Source: an uncultured Verrucomicrobiae bacterium (GTDB taxonomy: Bacteria; Verrucomicrobiota; Verrucomicrobiia; Chthoniobacterales; JAFAMB01). Taken from it: a stretch of DNA of 64,000 nt. Made by a program: the position numbers and the translations under genes. Below the pieces are notes generated by a model. That model was not told the origin of the DNA, made no database searches, and worked only from the letters and a program-made list of their open reading frames with translations. Location: the NCBI GenBank assembly GCA_963813025.1, contig CAWEXO010000001.1, forward strand, positions 1-64,000, given 5' to 3'. Positions 1 through 9,581 of this stretch are shown here, in pieces. Each line of letters opens with the position of its first letter. Within the stretch, counting starts at the first letter, position 1.

Positions 1-26
1 TGCGAATCGTGCCGAACAAATGAAGC

Positions 27-248
27 ATGGCTGAAGCCGCGGTGACGTATACCGCTTCACAAAAGCCGGTATCCGGCAAGAAATTCGTCTGCAAGCGCTG
101 CAAACGCGATACAGGTTGGCCGCAACCTGGTGATCCACCGATCCGTTGCGAGTGCGGTTGGTGGTACGAAAACGTGCACGGATCTATAAAGGAAGCCTTT
201 TGGCAGCGGATCGAGCCGTATCGCGATCCGCCGCGGAATCTTTTTTAA
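27..248 (+). CDS. small hypothetical protein with CxxC...CxC Zn-ribbon-like motif
   Basis: 73-aa ORF with CKRC and CECGWW motifs, convergent on the GT2 genes. Confidence 0.4.
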   Translation: MAEAAVTYTASQKPVSGKKFVCKRCKRDTGWPQPGDPPIRCECGWWYENVHGSIKEAFWQRIEPYRDPPRNLF

Positions 249-1173
249 ACCGACCGTCTCCAGGCATTCTTTTCGTTGACGTCGCTGCGTCGCATGGTCG
301 GGCGCAGCAGTTCGGGAACGATGATGCCGGCGACATATGATGGATTACGCCGATGCTCACGGCGTGCCGCACTGCGTCTGCCCACTTGCCGCTGCTAAGC
401 GACTCCCGCATAGCATGATAGTGAACGGAGCCAATTAGTGTGGCGAGCCTGTCGCCGCCCACCGCATCGGCATGCTTGAGATAGACACGTAAGAAGTCAG
501 CGGATCTGCGTAGTGGCGCCTGATCCGATATGAGCCGGGGCGCACGGTGTAGATCTCCAGCGGTTCGGGCAAGAATCGAATGACATAGCCCGCTGCGCAG
601 CAGCGGATCAGCCAGTCCAGATCCTCATGGTAAAGAGTTGCCATCGTAGAACCCCACCTCATCAAATGCCGTGCGATGGGTGGTGATCTTCCCGGGAACG
701 CCGGCAAAACTGACGCCCAGCATTTCATCGTATTGCGCTCCTGCATCGAGCGAAAATTGAAATGGAACCGTATCACCGAATCGTGGCGTTCTTGGGCGTT
801 TCCCGTTTAGTTCTAAGAAGTAGTCGCTCTGGAGCACAGTACGTTCTTTGCCGTGAAGTGCCGCAATGCTACGTTGCAGGCGCTCAGGAAACCAATAGTC
901 GTCGGCGTCCAAGAGCGCGATAAAATCACCACGCGCCTCCCTTAGCCCGGTGTTTCTCGCAGCCGCAACCCCTGCATTCTGTTGCTGAATGTATCGAACG
1001 TCGCGCAGATACGGACGCATAACCTCCCGGGTGTCATCGGTAGAACCGTCGTCTACGACGATAACCTCAATGCTTTCCGCGGGATAGGTTTGAGAGAAGA
1101 CGCTCTCTACAGCTCGCAGCAAGTACGGACCACATTGATATGTCGGGATAATCACCGAGACGGGCGACGTCAC
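245..1173 (-). pseudogene. family 2 glycosyltransferase, frameshifted (3' end approximate)
   Basis: [16 protein letters not shown] and ALLDADD motifs in 625..1173; similarity to the neighbouring paralog continues in frames 435..776 (EDLDW) and 184..462 (IGSVHYHA). Confidence 0.75.
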
Positions 1174-1174
1174 T

Positions 1175-2068
1175 TCAGTTGACGACGAACCTCTTGCGAA
1201 GGTGAGGGAGCAATACGGTTTTTAGCCAAACCAAATTTCGAAGAACCATAATGCCGTGGTGCACCGCGGCCGACCAATCGCGCACGATAAATGCCTCGCG
1301 CGCAGCGTGGTAATGGACCGAGCCTATTCCCTGTGTGATCACTTCCGGCTCAATGGCGTCCGGATGTTTGCAGTAAAGAAGCAGCACATCCATGGCTTTC
1401 CGAAGATAGCGGCCATGGCTGAAGCCGAAGTCTGGGCGGATGGTATAGACAAAGTGCGGTTCGGCGAGCAGCCGCAACACGTAGCCCGCCCTGAAGCAGC
1501 GTAACCACAGATCCAAATCTTCGGCATGTCGAAACCGCTCGTCGAATAAGCCAACAGTATCGAGAACAGTGCGGTGCATGATCGCCTGACACATCGCTGG
1601 CAGATGTTCACGCAGCAGGTCGTGGGGACCGACCATCAGAGTCTTTCGAAAATATTGGTGGTATGCAAGCACCACACTTCGGTGCCGGAGCGCCGCCCGG
1701 CCCTCTCTTTGAAGTAGTCGTCCTGCACGATCACTCTAGTTTGACCTTCCAGCAGTTGCAACATGCGGTCAAGGCGCTGGGGAAACCAATAATCGTCGGC
1801 ATCAAGAAATGCCAGATAGTCACCGTTCGACACGCGTATGCCGACGTTACGAGCGGCGGCGCAACCGGCATTTAACTTGTAAAAGGTATTTCACCCACGA
1901 CAAATACGGTTGGATCACCTCGCCCGTGTTGTCCGTCGATCCGTCGTCGACTACAATGATTTCGATCCTGTCCGCAGGATGCGTTTGCGCTAGAACGCTT
2001 TCTATCGCGCGCGGCAGATATTTCGCGCACTGATACGTCGGGATAATGACTGAAACCGTAGGCTTCAT
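1175..2068 (-). pseudogene. family 2 glycosyltransferase, frameshifted tandem paralog
   Basis: [12 protein letters not shown]...VVDDGSTD (1847..2068), AFLDADDYW (1636..1833) and FDERFRHAEDLDLW (1175..1675) lie in three different frames. Confidence 0.75.
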
Positions 2069-2069
2069 G

Positions 2070-2982
2070 TCATCCTGAGCGTTCTCGAAGGGCCGCTTTA
2101 CGGCAGCGTTGCGCCAATTGCTCGACTTCCTCGCGCGAAAAGTGGTACACGCGGCGGCAGAAGTCACACGTCGCTTCCGTTACCGCTTGTTCCCTAGCCA
2201 TCTTGCGTGGGTCGTCCGCGCCTAGAGCCAAGAGCGCTTCCTCAACTTTTTGGCGTGTGCAACGGCATGCAAACTTCACGCCGAGCGTACGATGCACGCG
2301 CGTGTCTGCCGTTCCTGCGAGCGAACGCATCAGCGCAGTCCGCGCTCGGCGCCGCGCGCAATCATCTGCGTGACGGGCGGCATAGCGGTTGCGCGCTGCT
2401 CCAGTGCTTCGATAGCGTTTTCGTGAGCGCCGGGTAAGACTTGCGCGATCACGCCGCCGGCGGCAACGATGCCCTGCGGATCGGCGAGCACGCCCAATGC
2501 AACCACGCTTGGAATCTGTTCAGAGTTGACGAGATATGCGGCGATGTCTTCGGCGATCCCTCCGCTGTACAGCGGAATGATGCTGATGTACGGCTGGCCG
2601 GATCGAAGGATTTCGTCACGTGCAGTGCGCCGGTCCCAACGGCGCGCGCAACGTCGAATTTCCCGTCGGCATTAAGCGGCAAGTCCGCTTTCGGCTCCTT
2701 CGCAAAGCCGCGCGCTCCCACGGTAGCGTGGTCGAGCATCCAGCCGTCGGCCGCAATCCGGCGCAATGGCCCGTCGCCCGAAACCTGCAGCGATATGCGT
2801 TCCGAACCTTTCAATCCGCTCGCAAGCAGCGCGGCGCCGCTAACCAATCTGCCGACGGCGGCGCTTGCGGTGGGGCTCAAGCGATGGCGGCTTTGGGTTT
2901 CGCGCACCAAATCCGTTGTGACGCCGGCGATGATCGCAAAGCCCGCTTCAGGCGCGGAAGCGCTGACGATCGCATCGCTCAT
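2070..2982 (-). pseudogene. hslO: Hsp33 redox-regulated chaperone, frameshifted
   Basis: N-terminal RHRLSPTASAAVGR...GDGPL in 2449..3096; C-terminal Zn motif FACRC...CDFC..Y in 2070..2330. Confidence 0.8.
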
Positions 2983-3033
2983 GCCGACGCGATTGCCTAG
3001 GGCAGTCGAGTTTCCTTCCCGAAACGGCGATGC

Positions 3034-3470
3034 GTGCGCATTGCGATCATTGATGGACCGAACCTGAATCTGACGGGACAACGCGACCCGCAGCAATACG
3101 GATCGGAAACGTTGACCGAGATCGATGCGAAACTGCGCGAGCTCGCCGGCGAGCTGGGCGTGCAGCGCACATCGTGCAACATAGCGGAGAGGGTGAGATC
3201 ATCGATGCATTGCACGCAGCGCGCAACGACGCACATGCAGTCGAACTCAACCCCGGTGCTTTGGCGCACGATCCTGACTTAATCGCGGACGCGGTCGCGG
3301 CAATCGGCATTCCGGTGGTTGAAGTGCACCTCTCCAACGTCTTTTCACGTGAAGCGTTCCGGCGGACAAGGTATAGCGCCGGCGTGCCGCGGCATCGTCG
3401 CGGGCTTTCGCGCGCAATCCTATCTGCTCGCGCTGCGCGCCGCGGTGCATTCCGCAAGCGAAGGTTGACG
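3034..3470 (+). pseudogene. aroQ: type II 3-dehydroquinate dehydratase, frameshifted (3' end approximate)
   Basis: IIDGPNLNLTGQRDPQQYG in 3034..3282, then EGEIIDALH...NPGALAH...VEVHLSNVFSREAFR in 3174..3548. Confidence 0.85.
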
Positions 3471-3559
3471 GCAAGAGGAGGCGTTAGGGTGCCTGCGTAT
3501 ATCCCCATACGGGCGGTCCACCGCGGAATCCACCAAAAAAGCCGCTAAGGAGATGTCAT

Positions 3560-3619
3560 TTGACGAAAGCCGATATTTCTTCGATTCCGTCGCAAGCGAA
3601 GCGGAGTTGTCCAAACGGC
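3560..3619 (+). pseudogene. 5' fragment of HU-family DNA-binding protein
   Basis: AAGGAG SD, then TTG-ACG-AAA-GCC-GAT-ATT (MTKADI) and, after a frameshift, DSVASEAELSKR; the similarity ends abruptly at ~3619. Confidence 0.6.
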
Positions 3620-4211
3620 CGCCGGAGAGCTTCGGCGGCATCTGAAAGGAGACTGGTTTGTACCAGCGAAAAAAAACTCCATGATTCAGCAAAGTCAGGT
3701 CCTTATCCTTGGTGTTCAGGAGGAGACTGAATTGGCCGGTTGGAACGATGAATCGCTGGCCAGGCTGAAGGCGGATCGTCTCAAGCCCGTTTGCCCGCAT
3801 GAGCAGCTCTTCGGGGGCTTTGGTTTTGTGGGCAATCCGTACAATCGAGTCACCACGGACAACAACGTATTCCGATTTACCCGGACCGGGTTCCGGCGAG
3901 AAAAATTGTTGAATATTCAGATCACCCAACGCGCGTCTGACATCGTCGATGGTGGGTGATTTTGGAAACGCCTGGATCAGGGAGATCAAGGTTGTTTTCG
4001 CCTGGTTAATATCGCCGCCGGCGATTTGATTCTTTGCTTCGGCGAACAGGCCGGGAACTGGATCCGGGGTCGGTGTCACCACCGCCTGCGCTCCGGCCTT
4101 CCCTGCGCTTACCGGCTTTTTGAAAAGAAGCTCGTAGGCGGCAAAGGCGCCGCCCCCAAAAATGATCACGACTAATCCGACAATGATCAGGATCTTCGCG
4201 ACGATGTTCAT
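3620..4211 (-). CDS. membrane-anchored LysM-domain protein, 3'-truncated at the junction
   Basis: N-terminal TM helix (ILIIVGLVVIIFGGG) and LysM YVVVRGDSIVRIA...ELLMRANGL...LQPGQRFIVP; the ORF tail after KLSGG is antisense HU/aroQ sequence. Confidence 0.7.
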
Positions 4212-4227
4212 CCCGGAGGATGCGACT

Positions 4228-4746
4228 TTACAGCAAGCCTCGACGCTTGAAATCGAACAGATTGATCCCAGCCGATTGTCCAATCATGTCGACCGTAAAT
4301 TTCAGCAGGGAAACTTCCCAGCCCTCATCAACGCCCTGGATGATCGCGGTGGTACTGCGTTCGGTTTCGGGGAGATGCGCGCGCACCCGATCGAGCACCG
4401 CCTCGAGGGAATCATGCACGACGCTTTCGGCTAAGTCGTTCTTCCTGATCTGAAAGCCGTACTTCAACATCGCCGCGTTTTTCGTTTGCAGCAGCTCCGC
4501 GAACCGGCGGGCAGATTCTCCAAACCCCTCCAACAGCAATCGGGCAGCATTCTCCGGAGTGACGATCTGCGGACGGTCGGCCTGGATTTTACCATCGCGT
4601 ACCCGGATCTGGTTCACGCTATCCATCAGCTCGGTGACGAGGTAAAAATGGAAGCTAGTGGTGCCGAAACTCTCGATTCTCCGGTCTGGATTGAGAATTA
4701 CCTTCGTGTTCTCAAGAACATATTGGAAATCATCCGCAGAATACAT
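4228..4746 (-). CDS. conserved hypothetical protein
   Basis: 172-aa ORF with natural globular composition, co-directional with the LysM gene. Confidence 0.7.
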   Translation of the reverse strand: MYSADDFQYVLENTKVILNPDRRIESFGTTSFHFYLVTELMDSVNQIRVRDGKIQADRPQIVTPENAARLLLEGFGESARRFAELLQTKNAAMLKYGFQIRKNDLAESVVHDSLEAVLDRVRAHLPETERSTTAIIQGVDEGWEVSLLKFTVDMIGQSAGINLFDFKRRGLL

Positions 4747-4834
4747 GGGCGAAAGGCCTGTATAGTAATCTATTTCGCCAGTCTGACAACTGATGGTCGT
4801 TGCCGTCGGTCGGCGGGAAGTCCTGAGGCTGTTT

Positions 4835-4995
4835 TGGAGTGCGTGCGACTAGTCGCCGCTTTGGGACCGCGCGGAGCGCGGCCGTCCGACGAAGCCGGTC
4901 GTTTCTCGCCGCGGAATGGAGCGTTTCGTGATTCGCTCTCGGCGGAGCCCGCCCTCCGCGCAGTCAGAAAGCGGCGACAAGTCGCGCGCACTCCA
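4835..4995. repeat. REPIN/MITE-like palindromic element, family A copy 1
   Basis: Arms TGGAGTGCGTGCGACTAGTCGCCGCTTT / AAAGCGGCGACAAGTCGCGCGCACTCCA (26/28 inverted match); second copy at 11785. Confidence 0.85.
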
Positions 4996-5032
4996 GGCTA
5001 TGCAGTGAGCTTCCGATATAGGCGACCACCCG

Positions 5033-5063
5033 AAAAAAAACACGGTGGGTTGCTCCACCGTGT
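5033..5063 (-). terminator. Rho-independent terminator downstream of acpP
   Basis: Minus strand reads ACACGGTGG-agcaac-CCACCGTG followed by T8. Confidence 0.75.
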
Positions 5064-5112
5064 CGCTACCGTCCAGACCTGCTCCCGACGGTTGGCCCGC
5101 CGGAAAATTTGG

Positions 5113-5355
5113 TTACTTGGCCCGCTCTTCAATATAACGGATGACGTCACCGACCGTTTGCAGCTTTTCGGCATCTTCGTCTGGAACTTCCACGGAAAAT
5201 TCTTCTTCGAAAGCCATCACGAGTTCTACCGTGTCGAGCGAGTCGGCGCCGAGATCTTCAATGAAGGAAGCGGTAGGAGTCACTTGCTCAGGATTCACGC
5301 CGAGTTGCTCGACGATGATCTCCTTGACTTTTTCTTCGATCGATTTCTCTGACAT
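5113..5355 (-). CDS. acpP: acyl carrier protein
   Basis: [20 protein letters not shown]...[20 protein letters not shown] with the phosphopantetheine DSL motif. Confidence 0.97.
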   Translation of the reverse strand: MSEKSIEEKVKEIIVEQLGVNPEQVTPTASFIEDLGADSLDTVELVMAFEEEFSVEVPDEDAEKLQTVGDVIRYIEERAK

Positions 5356-5741
5356 AAATCTATTTTCGTTACGATTGTGGTTAAGACGTGGCCTAGCCTT
5401 AATAACGAAGGCCAGTGATGCTGCAACTAAATTAATTGCGTCAAATAGCAATAATTTTCTTCGAGGAATAACCCGAGAGTTCTCGGGTGCCAAAAGTCCC
5501 CCGTCTGGGAGATTCTTACCCGGGCGAAAGGAAACTCTCCTCCACCAAAACCCAGCCTCTAGGAACCTGCTTTACTCTCTGGGCCGGCAAGAACGAAACT
5601 TTGGAACTGGCACGAACGGCAAACGGCCGAATCGGATTTTAACATTGACCACCTGTAAGGATCTGCAGTTTGATCGCGCCCGCTCCCGGCTTTGCGAGAG
5701 AATTTACTTTTGGACTCACACTTGATACTGCTTACCCGACC

Positions 5742-7478
5742 ATGGCGGACGACTCACCATCTTTCGATCTCCGTTTGACTCCCGACTGGGTGAAAGAGGG
5801 GGAGCCCGCGAACCGGTACGCCGACTACGAGGGGGAAGAGACAGGCGACACCTTCTCCCGGCGTCGCGGACGCCGGGACGAGCGCCCGCGACGGCCGGGC
5901 AGTCCGTCAGAGAGGAACAGGCGGGAGGGTTCGAGGCCGGGACCGGCACGGAACGTCCGTTCGGGCTCCCCGCGATCAGCAGAGTCCGCCTCCACGGGCT
6001 TGCGGCCGCCACAGGGTGTTCGGTCGCGGCGTGAGGAATCACATTCCCCGAGGCCGGAGCTCGAGTTGGCCCCGGTCCAGGTGGATTTTCTGCCCGAAGA
6101 AAGGGCTTTCGCAAAGATCATCGAGCAGATCAAACAGGGCCATACCGCGTACCCGCTTTTTGGTTTAGCCCGGATGTTCCTGGAGCGTCCCGAACGGCAC
6201 CGGATTCGGATTCGGTCTCTCGACAACGCTTCAATGCTCTACCAGCTCGGCGATCTCGGAGCCGTTGCGCTCGAAGCGAGCGCGCTGGAGCGTATCGCCT
6301 TCCAGGAGAAACGAGACGAATTTTACCAGACCGAGGTGATCGAGAAAGAGCCGGTCAAGGGTGTCTTCACCTCGGTCGCCCGATGTACGCTCTCGGGTAA
6401 ACTCCTCGGGCCGACCAACTATCATGCCTTTCAGCCGACGATCCGAGCCCTCTACGAGCAACGATTCAGCCGCCGGATGACCTTTGAGGATTACCGGCGA
6501 ACCATTGAGATCACCAGTAATCCGGCGTCGGTCAATCAATGGAAGGATGAAGCCAGAAAAACCATCAATTTTCGCACAAGGAATGAGGAGCCGGCGAGCG
6601 TCTTTCCGAACCTTTCAGGTGTCGAGCAGCACTTCCGGACTCACTATTTGCCCGCATTGATCAAACCTTGCCTGGCGGCGGAGATCCCGGGCGATCTGGC
6701 GCGCCATTTACCCGATCGCCGAATTGTTGCGTCGATTCGCGTTGCGCGCGACCGAGAGAACCGGTTTCCGGCCCAGATCGCCGGAGCGCTCCGCCATGGC
6801 CTTAATCAGGCTGGTCTTCACGTTTTTAAACATAAGAAACGGATTCTTTATATCTCCACGATCCGGCCGCAAGCATTTGATCCGAGCCAGGCCTCGATCT
6901 CAGCCGGCTTGGCCGCCATCCTGGCAACTCTGCGATCTTTTCCAAAAATCACCCGAAAACAACTCGCCGAAAAAATACTCCCCAAAGAGAAGGCGGAAAA
7001 GGACGAGGGAACCTATCAACGGGCGAAAGCCGTTTTGGTAGGGGACCTTCTTTGGCTGGCGAAAGCCGGGCATGTCATTGAATTCGCTGATGGCACCCTC
7101 GATCTGCCACTGCCGCCCAAGCCGCTCGAGACCCACAACACCTCCGCTGGAACGACTGAGGCGCCGTCGCAGGCAACGAGAGAAGAGCCGGATGAACCAG
7201 ACTCGGAAACATCCGCTGACACTAAGGAGGCCGATAGCGCGACCACTGCCGTCGCGGCTTCTTCTGCGCAGTCAGACGTGCAGCAGGCCCCAAGCACAAG
7301 CCAGGCGGCGATCGAGCCAGGACCGCCGTCCGCCGCCTCAAGCCTGGCGGCGTCGCCTGAACCGGCAACGAGTTCCAGTGCTGAGACACCGGCGGGGCAA
7401 GATCCCGTAAAAACGCCCGATTCGCACGATCCCGTGCCAAGCCCACCTTCACACGAGTTTGCAGAGCGCGACGCTTAG
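5742..7478 (+). CDS. conserved hypothetical protein with disordered basic N-terminus and Ala/Ser/Pro-rich C-terminus
   Basis: Long ORF with a globular core; start placed at MADDS. Confidence 0.75.
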   Translation: MADDSPSFDLRLTPDWVKEGEPANRYADYEGEETGDTFSRRRGRRDERPRRPGSPSERNRREGSRPGPARNVRSGSPRSAESASTGLRPPQGVRSRREESHSPRPELELAPVQVDFLPEERAFAKIIEQIKQGHTAYPLFGLARMFLERPERHRIRIRSLDNASMLYQLGDLGAVALEASALERIAFQEKRDEFYQTEVIEKEPVKGVFTSVARCTLSGKLLGPTNYHAFQPTIRALYEQRFSRRMTFEDYRRTIEITSNPASVNQWKDEARKTINFRTRNEEPASVFPNLSGVEQHFRTHYLPALIKPCLAAEIPGDLARHLPDRRIVASIRVARDRENRFPAQIAGALRHGLNQAGLHVFKHKKRILYISTIRPQAFDPSQASISAGLAAILATLRSFPKITRKQLAEKILPKEKAEKDEGTYQRAKAVLVGDLLWLAKAGHVIEFADGTLDLPLPPKPLETHNTSAGTTEAPSQATREEPDEPDSETSADTKEADSATTAVAASSAQSDVQQAPSTSQAAIEPGPPSAASSLAASPEPATSSSAETPAGQDPVKTPDSHDPVPSPPSHEFAERDA

Positions 7479-7491
7479 GTCGGTGGCGGGT

Positions 7492-7531
7492 GTCAGTGCT
7501 AGTGCTAGTGCTAGTGCTAGTGCTAGTGCTA
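7492..7531. repeat. (AGTGCT)n hexamer tract, left part, interrupted by IS630
   Basis: About 6 AGTGCT units; the tract resumes at 8656-8686 as AGTGCC/AGTGCT/AGTGTC. Confidence 0.9.
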
Positions 7532-8655
7532 GTACTTAGTTGCTTTAGTTCTTTATATTTATGAAAAATTATGATTTGTTGGATGGATGGCAACGGGTCG
7601 CATCAAACTTTCTGTGGAAAACCGCAAGCTCTTGGAGGGTTGGAGTCGAGCGCAACGGGTCGAACACCGGCTCAAGGTCAGGAGTCAGATTATCTTGAAG
7701 GCGGCAGCGGGCTTGAGTGGACGTGCGATTGCCAAGAGCCTGCGCATTCCCGAGGTGACGGTGAGTAAATGGCGGCGGCGCTTTGTGCGCCAAGGCCTGG
7801 CTGGCTTGGAAGACGCGCCACGCAGTGGAAAGCCGGCCAAGTATGATCAAATGACGGTCAAGCGGGTCTTGGCGCTGCTGGATGAAGATCCACCGGCGGG
7901 CTACGGGCGCTGGAATGGGCGACTGCTGGCGCAGAGTCTGGCCGATGTTTCCTCCGATCAAGTCTGGCGCATTTTGCGCCAACAAGGCATTGAATTGGAA
8001 CGGCGCCGCAGCTGGTGCATTTCCACCGATCCGGAGTTTGTGCGCAAGGCCGCTGACATTGTCGGTCTTTATCTCAATCCGCCCCAGAATGCGCTCATCT
8101 TGGCCATTGATGAAAAACCAGCCATTCAAGCCCTGGAAAGAGCCCAAGGTTGGATTCGCTTGCCCAATGGCAGGGCGCTGACGGGTTTTAGCCACGAGTA
8201 CAAGCGCCATGGCACCTCCACTCTCTTTGCCGCCCTCAACATTGCCAGCGGCCAAGTGCAGGCTGGTCATTACCGGCGCCAGCGCCGACGGGAATTCCTG
8301 GAGTTTATGAACCAGGTAGTTGCCGGAAATCTCGACAAAGAAATTCATGTGGTCTTAGACAACCTTGCGACCCATAAGCCAAAGCAAGATCGCTGGTTGA
8401 AGGCTCACCCCAATGTGCATTTTCATTTCACTCCAACCCACGCTTCTTGGCTCAACCAGATTGAGATCTGGTTTAGTATCTTGAGCCGCCAAGCCCTCCA
8501 GGGGGCAAACTTCACCAGCGTGGCAGAGCTGCGCAACGCCATCGACACCTTCATCAAGAACTACAATAACAATGCGGCTCCCTTCGAATGGACCAAATCC
8601 CAGGTACATCAGGGGAAAGTCGCCATACATATAACTAACTTACGCAATTAGGCAC
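7532..8655 (+). mobile_element. IS630-family insertion sequence
   Basis: Imperfect terminal inverted repeats (27/35 match including the flanking CTA), TA duplication at 7530-7531 and 8656-8657 within CTAG, single transposase. Confidence 0.92.
7587..8651 (+). CDS. IS630-family DDE transposase
   Basis: HTH (TVSKWRRRF...GLEDAPRSG), AIDEK, YKRHGT, VVLDN, SWLNQIEIWF motifs. Confidence 0.95.
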   Translation: MATGRIKLSVENRKLLEGWSRAQRVEHRLKVRSQIILKAAAGLSGRAIAKSLRIPEVTVSKWRRRFVRQGLAGLEDAPRSGKPAKYDQMTVKRVLALLDEDPPAGYGRWNGRLLAQSLADVSSDQVWRILRQQGIELERRRSWCISTDPEFVRKAADIVGLYLNPPQNALILAIDEKPAIQALERAQGWIRLPNGRALTGFSHEYKRHGTSTLFAALNIASGQVQAGHYRRQRRREFLEFMNQVVAGNLDKEIHVVLDNLATHKPKQDRWLKAHPNVHFHFTPTHASWLNQIEIWFSILSRQALQGANFTSVAELRNAIDTFIKNYNNNAAPFEWTKSQVHQGKVAIHITNLRN

Positions 8656-8753
8656 TAGTGCCAGTGCTAGTGTCAGTGCCAGTGCCGAGACGCTCAGGCC
8701 GCTCACGCTCACGCTTCGCTCGCTTTTTCATTGAACCCGTTTATCCATGTTCG

Positions 8754-9557
8754 ATGCGGATTATTCGTTATCTGGCACAAAGCGGCGAAATCCATTTCGC
8801 GGCCGCACAACCCGACGGACGATCATTCGACATCGCCGGAGACATTTTTCGCGATTTCACGGTAACGGATCGGGAAGCCAGAATGGTGAATTTACTGGCT
8901 CCGCTTGATCCGCGCGTAATGCTCTGTATCGGCCTGAATTACCGAAGACACGCCGAGGAACAAGGATCAAAGCTCCCGGAACGGCCGATGTTGTTCATTA
9001 AATCGCCGAACGCGTTGCAACATCCAGGCGGCCCGATCGTGATTCCGACGCATCTGGCGAGTTCAGAAGTTGATTACGAGGCGGAACTCGTCGTTGTAGT
9101 CGGCAAAGAAGCCAAAAACGTATCCCGGCAGAATGCGTTGGATTACGTTCTAGGATATACCGCCGGGAACGATGTGAGCGCCCGCGATTGGCAAAAGCGC
9201 TGGGGCGAGGGCCAATTTTGCCGGGGGAAAAGTTTTGACACGTTTGCTCCACTCGGTCCAGCCATTGTCACGAAAGACGAGTTACCCAACCCGAACCAGC
9301 TGCGGATCGTCGCTAGGGTCAACAGCGAGAGCCGACAGGAATCCAATACTTCCGACATGATTTTTGATGTACCTACTTTGATTGAGTTCTTGAGCGGGAG
9401 CACTACGCTGCTGCCGGGTTCGCTTATTTTTACGGGAACACCGGAGGGGGTCGGGATGGCCATGCGCCCACCTCGTTACCTGCGCGCTGGTGACCTCGTG
9501 GAGATTGAGATCGAGAAAATTGGCGTTCTGAGCAATCCGGTTATCGTGGAAGATTAG
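8754..9557 (+). CDS. fumarylacetoacetate hydrolase family protein
   Basis: CIGLNYRRH, DYEAEL, NDVSARDWQ, GKSFDTFAPLGP, TGTPEGVG motifs. Confidence 0.92.
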   Translation: MRIIRYLAQSGEIHFAAAQPDGRSFDIAGDIFRDFTVTDREARMVNLLAPLDPRVMLCIGLNYRRHAEEQGSKLPERPMLFIKSPNALQHPGGPIVIPTHLASSEVDYEAELVVVVGKEAKNVSRQNALDYVLGYTAGNDVSARDWQKRWGEGQFCRGKSFDTFAPLGPAIVTKDELPNPNQLRIVARVNSESRQESNTSDMIFDVPTLIEFLSGSTTLLPGSLIFTGTPEGVGMAMRPPRYLRAGDLVEIEIEKIGVLSNPVIVED

Positions 9558-9581
9558 GCCCTTTTTTCCTGGCCGCCGCGT

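Noticed and set aside
3420..4283. 287-aa ORF as an intact gene
   Set aside because: The part after KLSGG is antisense read-through into HU/aroQ sequence across the junction, and the ORF-track start overlaps the upstream gene.
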